Shown here: positions 9,916 through 22,640 of the stretch, in pieces
Numbering within the stretch: the first letter of the stretch is position 1
Layout of the letters: each line of letters begins with the position of its first letter
Origin: the human T2T-CHM13v2.0 reference genome, Homo sapiens
Length of the DNA stretch: 64,000 nucleotides
Reading direction: 5' to 3' (one strand)
NCBI RefSeq assembly: GCF_009914755.1
Contig: NC_060933.1
The notes under the pieces: generated by a model
What the model saw: the letters and a program-made list of their open reading frames with translations, nothing else
What the model was told of the DNA's origin: nothing
The model's database searches: none
Program-made: the position numbers and the translations under genes

Positions 9916-11819
9916 GTGAGTTGTGCATTGATGATGCACAAGTTCTTTAGCACTCTCTGAGTTTGAAACCTGATGATCTTTATTGAGTGAAATACTGTCC
10001 TGCCTTACACTTGAGAATGTTATTCTTGGGATGGATGTATATTCAGTTTTATTTTTACCTAGTAAAGAAAAAATAAAGAAAAAAGTAAAAGTTAAACAAA
10101 ATCACCTAAATCCAAAATAATACAAAGCCTATGTCACCCATGTTATGGTTAGTTCGTTCGTCCTACTGACAAGTTAGAATTAGACTGTTGGTGATTTTTA
10201 CAGAAATTTCTAAACTGCCTATACTTTCTAATTCAATTGCCAAGAATTGTTATATCTATTAAAAAGACTTTCCAGCTAAAATAAAGTTACCAACTTAAGG
10301 AAGTTAGAAAGGGCAAAGGGAACTCAAGATGTGTGAGATTTTTCAAGAGATACCCTTAGATATGTTTCCGTACATAAGACAGAAATGACTTTGGGTTGTG
10401 AGTGTCCAGCAGCTGTGCTGGTCTCTATCATATTGTTGTTCCATCTCATTACTCATTAGAAAAAATTGGAAATGAAAGAAGAAATACAGTCAGTCATCTA
10501 TAATCTTATCTGAAGACCACTGTTGTTGACGTCTGATGTGTCATGACCCTTACCCACCAGGCTGTGCACTAGGCGTGTTATATGCATCATCTTCTTTAGT
10601 CCTATAATCGTCCTAAAGGGGAGGCATTGTGTCACATTCCTTGTGCCTTGTATAACCCTTGGTCACAGTTTGAACAGTGTTGTAAGAACTGCTCAGAACC
10701 TGGGTCCTTCACTTTCGCCAGCTCCTCATGCTCTGTGTAAACAGGACCATGTCTCTTCATTGTCTTCTGAGTGTTGGATTTTGTTGAACTGACTTAATGC
10801 AGTAAGATTACCCAGGTCTCCCAGTTGCCTCAAACTCCACTAGGAGTAAGGAATGGGACAGGGAAGTTAGCTATAGGGGCTTTTCTCTATCTTTTTGTAT
10901 TTTTCTGTCTCTGGGAAATTTCTACTAAAGTCCTTGAAGTGAGTGGCTTCAGGGTTCAAATCACTGTTTTCTAACTTGTGTATATTGTAAATTATCCAGC
11001 TGGGACACTATCCTGGTGAGTTTTGCCCATAGGCCTTAGCCTTGTCAAAAGCACTTTTACCAGCGAGAGCTGGGAAGAGATGATTCGGCCTGTGGGAAAG
11101 ACTTGAAGAGAGCATCAGAGCCTGCACACTGATGCCAGCGTATTAAGCTGAAGTGTCTGCTCTTGGAACTGACCCAAAAAACTGGCCTCCCTGTACTCAC
11201 TGGCTGGCAGGAAGAGAGCATCCAGTAAGAGAGATTGGGAGCAGTGTAATTCAGTTCTTGACATACCTTGGAACCTTGGCCTCCATGACATTGCTTTGAG
11301 TGACTGAGTGGGGCTTGGCTTGGAAAAAGCCAGTACCTTTTCTGAAAGACTCTTGACTCATCTTGTCTTTTCTAGATAGATTATTTTATTTTATTTTAAA
11401 GAAGAAAAGGTAATGTGTGCTAACCCAAACATCTGGATTTGAATTCTCTCTCAGGTCGTGCAACTCACAGCCACCAGCAATATTCACACAACCAAGCTTG
11501 CATTAAAAGAAAAAAATGAAAAAATAGAATAAAGAGGGCAGTAGTATTCTATATATTGTTATATATATATTCATCCGTGGTGAGAGGAAGGCTTAATTAC
11601 AGAACTTGGATGCTATACTCACTTCACATGTGAACCCATTTAGTAATTTTCATGGTGGCAGGAAAATAATAATCTCGGAAATGTAGGGACAAAGAATGAT
11701 CTTCCAATACCTGTTTTTCTTACTTTTAATCCTTAGACCACACCTCTGTTCATTTTCACTGGTCCACAAAACTTTATGATTCTGTTTTCTCTTTTTTCTT
11801 CTCTGAGTTTTAAATGTCA

Positions 11820-12390
11820 CCTTAAAAATTAATTTTAAAAATACATGTTCATTAGAGAAAGTTTGGAAATGAAAGAAGAAATACAGTCATTCATAATCTT
11901 GTTATCTAAACGCCACTGTTGTTAACATTTCATATATTTCCTTTCAGTCATTTTCTCTGTAATTATTTTTAATAGTTGTAATTCTAATGCAATTGAATAT
12001 ATATATTTAGCCTTTGTATTTACTTTTATTTTTATGTTATTATAAACTCCAAGAATTTATTTTAATTGAATAAAATAAATCATCAATAGGATATGCCCAG
12101 ATTTACTTAATCTTTTCCTTATGGTTGTAAATTTAGGTTATTTCATACCTTTTTCAAGCATAAATGATGTATATTTCTAAGTAAAACTTTATATTTATTA
12201 AAGGATATCTTCTTATTACTCTTTGAAATGGAGTTACTGGGTTGGAAACATGAGCATTTCTAAGTCTATTGTTCTTAAAAGCAAAATGGCTTTCTGAATT
12301 GATCTTACCAGTGTATATATGTCCAACAATTTAAGCCTGCCCACTTCACACTCTTAGTTCTTAAAATGTAATTAATTTAACAGGTAATAT
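11820..12390 (-). mobile_element. Ancient L1M (L1ME-like) 3' fragment
   Basis: AT-rich, with 'atacatgttcatt...ccactgttgttaacattt' and 'gaaatggagttactgggt' typical of old L1M 3' ends; subfamily uncertain. Confidence 0.55.
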
Positions 12391-13209
12391 ATGGCGAAGG
12401 TAAATCACACTTTAACTTAATTTGGTCATGGTGATCTGTGTTGTATTTCAGTGGCATAAAATTAATTTTAAAAGTAGTGCTTATTTTTACTGAGAGGCAG
12501 TCTTTATTGAAGAATATTGGAGATAAACACACACACTGTACCCCCTAAACCCCCATGTTTACATATACAGCTCTCTTCCTTAGAGAAATGACTTATTTTT
12601 ACCCATTTCTGTGCTATTGACTAGATAAGGAAATGGAGTTCTATGCTGAGGTTTATGAACTGGTCCAAAAATATATATATGTGGGATGAGAATGTGTATA
12701 GTTAGCAAGGAAGTACAGAATAGAATAGCACAACAGAGCTTGCACTGAATGACTTTGTGATTAAAAAGCCACTAATAGATCTTTGGAATAATAATTAAGC
12801 ATGTTATTTTCTGGGACTGACAAAAAGGCCACCTTGAATGAAACCTGACATGGTCATTTCTAGTGTAGAGAGGGAGGGAAAGGGATTGGAAATTTTTCTA
12901 AAGGAGGTATCATGGGCAGTTGGGTTTGACTTCCTATTGGGGAATTAATTCATAGCTTCACTCCTGTAAGCAGAGCCCAAAATGAAAAAGGACCAGTTCA
13001 CTAGATTCTGGAGCTCATGGAAGAGTTTCAACTCCAAAGGAGTACTGTGGTTGTGGCAGGTTGTTGGTCTGTGAGGTTCGTTCATAGAACATGAAGCTTG
13101 AGATGCGCTTCTCTAGCATGAGTTAACTGAGTTATCTTGTTTCCACCCTGGCCTTATACCCTTCTCCCCTCTTTTTCCTGTTCTATTTCTTGTCACCATC
13201 CTCTTCCAG

Positions 13210-13401
13210 GTGAGCATGCCTACAAGTGTTCTTGGTGCTCATTCTCCACCATGACAATCAGCCAGCTGAAGGAACACTCCCTCAAGGTCCACGGAAAAGC
13301 CCTGACCCTCCCCAGGCCACGGATCGTCAGTCTCCTCTCCTCACACTCCCACCACTCCTCCCAAAAAGCTACCCCGGCTGAAGAAGTGGAAGACTCCAAT
13401 G
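13210..13401 (+). CDS. ZNF462: ZNF462 coding exon 7 (192 nt; GEHAYKCSWC...EEVEDSN)
   Basis: Acceptor ctcttccag|GTGAGC, donor ATG|GTAAAA; symmetric phase 1/1; one C2H2 finger. Confidence 0.93.
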
Positions 13402-14344
13402 GTAAAAATGGGCTTCCAAGCTGGAATTAACCACTCAGGGTTGAGGTGGGCTGGGATTCATTGCCAATCATTTTTTTTAGAGGAAAATCTTATGTGAAAA
13501 CATGATGGTTCAAGTGAAGGAAGAAATATGAAAAAGTTGAAATGGTGTGGAAGTTGGAGTGGGAAGGGGAAATGAACTTGTTGAGCATCTGTGTGACGCC
13601 ATGATGAAAATGGAATTCAGTGCTCATGGGAGTGTTGCTAGTGGAAAGAGCCTGTCAAGTGGGATGGATTAGTTTTGGATCGTTCCACTGTGGTTTCAAG
13701 CAAGAAAGCGAATACAGTACCAGGCCAATTTGTTTGTTTTTATTTATATCCTGTCTTGTTCTAAAAATATGTGCTGCGAAATGTTTGGGGAGACAGGTAT
13801 GTACATTAATGACACAAAATTCAGAGTAGGAGTGCAAAGGGTGAATGAGTGGGGAAGTGTGTCTGACTGAGCCACGTGATACCTTAGGGGTGACATAGGG
13901 ATTTCTTACAGCTAAAGGATGCTAAGGAGGCATGAGTTGGGAGGAGAGTTTTACTGTTTAGTTTTGGAGTTTCAGAAGAAATACAGGAAGCCAGGGAGAG
14001 GGTCTCCTCGCTAGCAATGTGACCAAAGCTGTAGGGGAGAGAAAGAGTCCAGACCTTAGGGCCTGCAGATATGGCATAGTAAGCAAAGGGATAGTTTATT
14101 GTTTTTATAAGACCAGGAAGCAGACCTGCTTGATTTCTCATCTCACCTCAAATGATTGCAGAATCAGCTGCTTAGAAGAGAAGGAGAGGAAGTCTGCAGA
14201 TTCTTCGAGGTAGACCTGCTCTCTTCCAACCCCTTCTAATTCTTGAATCCCTTCTGCGGGAGCCAGTTAGCTACCATCAGCTTGAGTACTTCCCAGGTCA
14301 AGGAATGACTGTCTCCCAAGATCTACTGTTACATTCTTGGGAGG

Positions 14345-14580
14345 AGCTTAGTGGACTGGAAAGAAAGCAGAACAAAAGCTTGGGTTTGAATCTCACTTCT
14401 CTCGATGATGGTCACGTTTCCCTGGGCAATCTTAGCTTCTTGTAGCCGTATGTAAAATTGTATAGTGATATCTGCCTCAACTGATTATCTTCAGAGATTA
14501 ATGAGAAAAGATACGCACCTGTAAAATACCTAATACAGCCTCTGACACATAGTAGGAATTTAATAAAAGGCCGTTTTATT
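14345..14580 (+). mobile_element. MIR SINE
   Basis: 'gggtttgaatctcact...ctgggcaa...gtaaaattg...gacacatagtagg...aataaa' follows the MIR consensus order. Confidence 0.65.
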
Positions 14581-17344
14581 TCTGTACTTTTCATCCTTTG
14601 GTTGCAATTCTGGCCTTTGGGACCATTTATAACAAGTACGAATTTTGGTTATTTTTAATGTGTGTGTTTAAAACAAGAGACTCTTCAGATAACCTGATGA
14701 TCTGACAGCCCAACTTGTCAACATGGTCTAATTCTCAGATTACCAAAAGAGTAAATGAGTAATCTTTATTCATGAGGTCTGTGAGCAGACACCTGTAGGA
14801 GGAAATGAAATGGTAAGTCCTAAGATGAAAAGCTGCTTTTTAAAAAATTTTTGAAGCTTGGTGGTCTTTCCTTTGCAAATCATTTATAGTGTTCAACACT
14901 ATAGCTCCTTACTGGTGTCCCGGCCTTAAAGGACTTCTGTTTAACAAAGAAGGCTTGTTATGATGGCTACGACTTGTAATGAAGTGACCACACAATCTCC
15001 TTAGCTACTGTGTAGTAGTTTAAAATGGGGAAGGAAGCCTGTAGTGTTTTTTTTTTCTCTTCTGGGAAAATTCAGAGTCACACATCTAGGGCTGGGTGAG
15101 AGTACCTGTGGAAGGGTAAAGAAAATGTCCCCTTTTCACCTGAAATCTTCTATTCACCAGGAAAGGTTGGTATATTGCAACCAGAAGGGCAAAATCTAAC
15201 TTGACTCAAATTGTAGGATCTGTATTAATGTGATTTTTAATTAATTGTTTTCATCTGACATGGAAGCTACATTTGTGGAGCTGTTTGGATGAAACAGATT
15301 CATCTCAGTGCCATTGCTAGCAAAGGCTTTTGCTGGGACATTTTTCTCAATGTCATACCTTCTTTTTCCTTTGTCTGTCTTCCTTGAAAGGTGGGTCTCA
15401 GTCAGAGGTCAAGGGAATCCTTTAAACCCACCCACTGCATGTATCATCATCCTCTGCATAGACTGAGAAGAGTTGAGTTCAGTTATACTCTTGAGCCTGT
15501 ACTCTCTTCTGAGGGCTGTACTATGCACGGAAGAATCAGAAATGAGTATAGTATTTTTCTGGCCCTCCGACAACTTAAAATCAACTGTTTAGATGATACT
15601 ATTAGCGCTTACATTTGAGCTAACCATAACCCTAAGCCTCAGGCCTAATCTATTTGTGGAGTGATTTCAGATTCTTGGAGGATGGACTGTGGGGAGGAGT
15701 GGGTGTCACAGAAATATGACAAAGTGACGTTGAGTAGCTCTCTCTATAACATAGATATTCTGTTTTTGTTTAGCCACAGGGAAATAATTTGCAATATATA
15801 AAAGGGATTCTTACTTTTATCCTTATGAAAGAACACAGTAACTGAAAGCTCTGTGTGGTAACTATTTAGTGATCCGTACACAAAAGTCATTGGGCCTGTA
15901 CTGTTTTTAATGTATATAAATGACCTATATCAATGGATCAGCAGTGATTAATTTGATGACATAAAAGCTGATTAGATGAGGTAAACAAAAAGAAGGCTAT
16001 TCACATGAATGAATAATTCTGTGGAAAGAGTAGTTAATAATTGTTCATTCAGTAAGTATTTTCTTGAATCCTTACTATAGATTTTGTATAGTTTTGCATG
16101 GCCAAGAGTGGCTGGGCAGGCCCAAAGTGGGAAGACTTTGCTAAGGAGCCGGATGGTGGATTCCTAGAAACAGCTAAGTCTACAGGATGGAAAAACAGCT
16201 GTGGGGCTAGATAGTAGCCTGTAAATTAGGCCTTGAATGGTGTTTGAAACACTCATGTGAAATCCAATTGCACATTTTAATAGAGAGAAGCTGTGGGGCT
16301 ATTGGCTCACAGTTAAGGTTTCCCACACTGCAGATGCCAGGACAATGTGAACACACCAACCAAAAATGTGTTGCAGGCCTGGGGGGAGTCAAGATCCATA
16401 AAACCAGGGAAATCACCAGTGTGTCTTTGGCTTTCTGATTCCGTAGTGAGGGATGTGAATAAAACAAGTTGACATGCTCCTGTTATTTGCAGTGGTCAAA
16501 TGCTTGCCGTCTTGAGAGTGAGCCAGTCTTCTCTGGCAGAGGGAAACAGCCTGAAAAGGGAGGTTCTTTCTAAGCTGCTCTCCCTCCCAACCCAGAGGAG
16601 GGAGGAAAGTGGAGAAAGCAAAAATGAGAAGGTAGAGGGGAGATTTCACTCCAGCTGCCTGGCCACACACCTGTTCTGTGCTTCAGCCCTGCTCTTGGGC
16701 TCTGAGCTGTCAGTGTTGACATGTTTCACCAGCACACGAATCCTCTATATATTCATGATGATCAGTTGTTGGAAAGAAAAGCAACGGCTCTATGGTATTG
16801 GTTTTGTGTATAAGATAATGGGCAATGACATGTAATTGCTATTCTAAACAATGCATTAAGAGGAAACAATAAGGTTGTCAACAAAGGGAAATGCTCTGCT
16901 GTGTTTGTGTTTACTGTGTTCCTTCTCCTGCCATATACAACACAGGACTAGCTTTTATCCGGCTATTTCCAAGTCTCTGCTTTCAGTACAGAAAAATACA
17001 CATATAGGCACAGCTGTAAAATAACAAAGAAACTAGGACAGCGTAGTTTAGCTATGAGATTTGTTTTAGGTCTGAGAAGCTACACAGGACATGGGCAATG
17101 GATACGTAACTTAAAATTCAACTATGTGTTTTATAAGAAGTCAAGCCAGTGGTGACATTCCATCTTTTTCCTCCCTCTAGTTTCTCCCGGGGACTAATAA
17201 GTTATTTTGTTTCATCTATCTATGCAGTTATGCTATGGAATTGCCTGCTTTAGAAAATAGTTACTATGATGCATTTAGGACAAAAACAAAAATCAGACCA
17301 GGTGCAAAATGAATAAGGTGAATGATGGTAACATAGTTTTGTTT

Positions 17345-17349
17345 TGCGC

Positions 17350-17393
<44 letters not shown>
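17345..17393. repeat. (CG)3(TG)20 alternating purine-pyrimidine microsatellite
   Basis: Directly visible. Confidence 0.95.
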
Positions 17394-17398
<5 letters not shown>

Positions 17399-18703
17399 GG
17401 TGCCTTAGTTAGCAACCCAGAGAAAACAGAAAGAACACTTGGTTGTGATACCCCTCCATTTATAATATAGAACTTGATATAGTCCTCCCAAAAGAGAAGT
17501 CTGTGATATTGTGAATTAATAGAAAAATGTTGCAAGGAGCTTGGCAATTTCCTTTTGTACCGATTTTTAAATAAATTTCAATTGGTTTTTCTGCTCTAAA
17601 CTCTAGAATAATATTTGACAAACACTATTTTTATCAAGACATTTCTCATCAAGGAACCACATGTACTTATTGTCTGTCATATCAAAGTCTTCAGCATTGC
17701 ATCCAAAGTTCACCATTTAGTCATGCTTTCTCCATTGCACAGTGGCTTCACTAGCAAATACTGACATTCCTACCATCTCTCTACTTACTACCCTAAGCAT
17801 TTAATGTCTTCCTTTGTACTTCTACTCACTTTCAGTAAGCTCTGCTGGGAGGTTAGGTGGATTTCTTTCCTGTCTGCTTCTCTCTACTAGTCCATGACTT
17901 TCACTTCCTTTAAGGATTGATTTTCACTGGCCCCAAACTACTCTTATTACTCTTCCTGGTGCTGTATTAGTACTTGCAGATATGCTATTTTTTTCTGTCC
18001 CCTAATTTTCCAATATGGACAGTTAGGTAAGTACTTATTAAATACTTATTCTTTTCATGGACCAGTGGTATCTTGGAGGCATCAGTTTTCAGTTCTGTTA
18101 ATTGTACTGGGTCCTCAAATACATTTTAACTCCACTAACCAAATTACACAGGCTGAGTTTATTTCATTTCCATTTAAGAGGCAGATCAAAAGACAATCTG
18201 AAGATGAAACCTTAGGGAATGCTCTAACATTAATTCTCTGACACAATTACTCTGCCAAGATAAAAAAATCTTCCTTGACAAAGAGCGTTTTAAATATTGT
18301 CATTGTTCCCTGCATGATGAGACCTCCTGTATAGGTGGGAAGCTGAAGGTTGAGACAGGGTATAAACCCTTCTGTCCCTCAGAATGATATAGAAAGTATG
18401 ATGGAGCTGGAGAAATGAACATTTCTAGTATGGTCAGCTGTTAGCAGAGTTGCTTCTTGGAGCAAGTGCGCACAATTATTGATCTTAGAGTGGGCTAATT
18501 TGTTCTCTGTGTCTCTGTCAATATACAGTGTTTGGTTGCAGTTAAATTCAGATTCAAAGATGATATAGCGATAAACTGACCAACAAAACTTGTCAATGAG
18601 TAGAGCTTTCTATTCTACCTGAAAACTTTTCCCATCAGACTTTTAAAACAATATATTGGTTAGAAGAAGAGACTCATTTGGTGAGACTCAGTTTTTCTAA
18701 ACA

Positions 18704-19340
18704 TTAGAGATTGGCAAACTTTTTCCTTTAAAAAAATTTAAATTGACACATAATAATTACACATTTGTAGCATACAGTGTGATAATTTGATACATGCATA
18801 TGATGTGTAATGATTAAATTAGGGTCACTAGCATTTCCATCACCTCAAACATTTATCATTTCTTTGTGTTGGAAACATTCAAAGTCTGCTCTTTAAACTG
18901 TTAGTAAATATACAATCAGTTGTTGTTTATTCTAGTTATCTTAAGATGCTGTAAAATTCTAGAACTTGTTTCTCCTATCCAGCTATAATTGTGTATCTAT
19001 TTACCACCCTAATGCCCTTCCCAGTCTCTAGTAATCACTATTCTACTTGCTACTTCTATGAGATCAACTTTTCTAGCTTCTACATAGGACATAAGAATGT
19101 ACAGTATTTGTCTTTCTGTGCCGGCTTATTGGCAATTTTTTTCTATAAAAAGGGCCAGACAGAAAATATTTTCAGCACTGTAGGTTATGCAGTCTCTGTC
19201 ACAACTACTTAATTCTGCCATTGTAACGTGAAAGTAGCCATAGACAATATGTAAACAAACGACATGGCTGTGTTCCAATAAAACTTTATGTACAAAAACA
19301 AAGGAAAGGCCCATGAATGATACTTCACTAACCCATGCCA
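18704..19340 (+). mobile_element. MER58A (hAT-Charlie DNA transposon), interrupted by the L1 at 18725-19127
   Basis: 'ttggcaaacttttt...aagggccaga...aatatttt...gccatagacaatatgtaaac...gtgttccaataaaactttat' matches the MER58A consensus. Confidence 0.8.
18725..19127 (-). mobile_element. L1MA-type 3' end fragment inserted into a MER58A
   Basis: 'ttccatcacctcaaacatttatcatttctttgtgttgg' is the L1MA 3'UTR reverse complement; flanked by a degenerate ~15-bp TSD. Confidence 0.75.
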
Positions 19341-20985
19341 TAGATGAGATGATTGGGGGGAATAATTACAGCAATACCCATGAGATTAATCCAGTCTTTA
19401 ATAAATGTCATTCTGAGCCTTTATATTTAACATATGGAATACTCCTAGATGTCACTTAAAAATGTAACTTGACCTAAATATATTATTAGATTCATATATG
19501 AAATGTAAGGTATCAGATGAAGTTTTAAAAATATTTGTGCATGAATTACATTTAAGCTTAAAAGGAAACCCTTCTCTAAGAATTATGTTGAGTCTATCAA
19601 CTCATTTAACCTTGGCTGCAGCAATGCTTGACAACTAAAAAATTAAGATCTGGGATGCTTTATTTTTGAAGAGAAGCTTTTCAGATATCTAAATAGGTCA
19701 GACATAAAATTCAGCCTTTAAGAGGATCCAGTTAGTTGCTAGGGCATCAGCCCTTCCACACAGGTTCCAATTGCAATCAGATTAAAAGAAAAAATGAGGT
19801 GGTTTCTTTAAAAACGACAATCATGAAATGGAGACTCCCAAGTGAATAATTAATTGTAAAATACAAAAATTTACATCGTTTATAGCACATGCGATGTAAG
19901 ACATAATTTTAATGGCTTGACTATAATTTTTAATAGGTTCTGCTGGTCTCAAAATTATCTGACCAGATACTAACTAACCTTCTCTTTTTGACATCAGAAT
20001 TTCTCCATCAAAATGTGGCCTAAAGTTCATTTTAACACTTACTATGTTTCTATATTTCTACTGTAAAGACTTAAGAGGTCTGCAACTTCAGTGGAGCAAA
20101 GTGGCATTGAAGACCCCGAATCTTCTGTTATTACCTGGAAATCTACAGGGATTAAATGTTAAGACTCTGCCTCAGTGGCAAAGAGCAACCCTCCAATATT
20201 ATCACCACTCTGAACTCAAAGGTCACGTGATACACGCTTCCCAAGATACCAACCTGCCTGGGATTTCTGTGACTTTGAATTAGCCATAGTTTTGTGGCTG
20301 CTATCATCCTTTGTGCCAGAGATGAAAACATTTCAAGTATAGGCTTTCCATGTCCTGGGAACTTAGTCAACTAATTCATCTCCCTGTTCCCATGCCAACA
20401 AAAACATTGTTCATCAGAAATGTAACCATATACTACTAAACTTATTCAGAACTAGTTCCCAGCAACACTGGAGTTTGCTTCATAATTCCACATCTGACTT
20501 TCAAATCTCTGGGTGAACTGCTTGGAGATTACTTCAAGTCTTCCAGACCTCATTTGTGGAAAGTATCTAAAAGAGAAGAAATCTACTTTATTCTTTAGCA
20601 GAAAAATATGTCAGTCATTAGCTGAATCATCTAAAGCAATTAATCTCAGTTATTTTTTAAAAGAAAGAATTTTTCCTTGTCTTCTCATTGCCCACTTCAA
20701 ATTTTCTGTCCCTGGAGCTGAAGCTAGTATTTTAGCCCAATTTTACTTGAGATAAAAATCCCTCAAACTGTCTTGAGACTTCTTATGACTCATAGGTCTC
20801 TCCAGTCTTTCTGTTCTGTGTGAGAGGATTTTACATAGGCAGAAGGAAGGGTATTTGAGTTGGGAGAAGTCACAAGAGTGAGCCATGATTTAGAGGTAGA
20901 AATCCTGCAACAGCCTTGCTAGAGTCGAGGGTATGTCCTCGGAAAGATGGGTATGTAAAAAAATAATTTTTTTAAAAGTGTGAAG

Positions 20986-21132
20986 AGCCCCGGTGTTGTG
21001 GCTCGTGCCTGTAATCCCAACACTTTGGGAGGCTGAGGCAAGAGGATCTCTTGAGGCCAGGAGTTCAAGACCAGCGTGGGCAACATAGCAAGATCCCATC
21101 TCTACAAAAATATAAAAATAAAATAAAATAAA
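20986..21132 (+). mobile_element. FLAM / Alu left monomer
   Basis: Single Alu monomer 'gtggctcgtgcctgtaatcccaacactttgggaggctgaggc...catctctac' followed directly by an A-rich tail. Confidence 0.85.
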
Positions 21133-22229
21133 AGTGGGAGGTGAGAATAAGATGCCAGAAATAACTTTTTAGCTACAATTATTTTTTTGAAAAAATAAAT
21201 TACATACATTCTGATTGTATGTCCCAGGAAAGCATGTCCAAATGTTGTACACATATTTTTGTTAACATGTTTTGTTAACCGTAAATAACAACCAACAGAA
21301 AAATCCCAGTGGTGGTGATTAAACAAAAATGGTGAAATAGCAAATGGCCAAAAGTGACATGAGGGGCAAGTATACAGCTGGGAGAATCTGCTTGCTCTCT
21401 GCTGGATTCAGTCCGTTTCTGTTTAGGCTCAGGAAATGATATGTTCCTGCCATTGGGGCTCTTCCACTTTGCAAACAGTTTCCGAGTCGTCAAGTTCAAC
21501 CCAAAGGAAGTGTTTGGCTGAGAATTTAGGGCCCAGCTAAAGTTTCATTTCCCAGCACACTGCTTGTGGAGAAGTCATTCCAAGGCTAGGTTCTTCAGCT
21601 TCCATGGGGACACAAAACATTCTTAGATGACTCGCACAGGTCACTCACTCTCTTATGTCATCTTTTATTTTGATGCACTGTGAGTCCTCCACCAGAGCTG
21701 CTATGATAGCCACATCGAAGAGATGCAGGACCTTCTAAACTCTTAACCTATGTGTTGATTTTTAGCACTGCTAGTTATTTTTTTCCCCTTTGGCCAGTTT
21801 GAAAGTCATCCATTCTGGTTTACATAACGGTTCTGCATGTCTCTTTGTTCAATTCCCAAGTGATGAAAAATAATTCTTATTTTTTAAAATTCTACCAATT
21901 GCCTTAAATATGTCATCTGCTTTAATATGTCTAATGCATTGGAGGTATAAATGATTAATCTCATTTGAAAGAGAAGGGCACGAGGAGTGAAATGGTGAGT
22001 CAGACATCACAAAGCATGTACGTGGTAGAGCTGTTTCATTCACAGGTTTGTCCAATTCCAGAGCCTGTGCCCTTGAACTTTGTGCCTCAGTGGGGTCTAG
22101 TAGCAAAAACACATACCCAAGAAATGATCCAGAGTGGTGAAGCCTTGGCTGCTTATATGTCTGTGGGCTCTGGAATCTTCTACAGGAAATGAAAGACAAG
22201 TGTTTATTACTTATTGATATTTGGAGCTT

Positions 22230-22640
22230 AAGTTAACAGATGTACAGATAATATTAAGTTAAAAGACCAGAATAGAATAAAGTGAGAAATTGTATATCTG
22301 CATTTGAATGGCTATAACTTTGGATAGGAGAAGGAATTGAGTCATGTAGGGCTTCATGGAAGAGGCAGTACTCAAGCTGGACTTGAAGGGTGAGTGGATG
22401 TATGCAGGTGGATGGAAGGAGTATCAGACATGAGCAGAGATACAGGAGAAAGGATCCTGGGACTGCAAAAATCCAGTGTGGCTGGAGCAAAGGATGTGTG
22501 GTGAGGTTAGTGGAAGGGTAATTAGTGAAGGAAGGAGAGGTAGAGCCAGACGACAGGAGTACTTAACACTGGGAAGAGGACTTTGGATTTATTAAGAAAC
22601 AGACTCAATGGGGAAGACTAGCAGCAAGATTCCTTCCTCT
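22230..22640 (-). mobile_element. L2 fragment
   Basis: 'agggcttcatggaagagg...ctggacttgaaggg...gtgtggctggagca' is typical reverse-complement L2; boundaries approximate. Confidence 0.55.
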
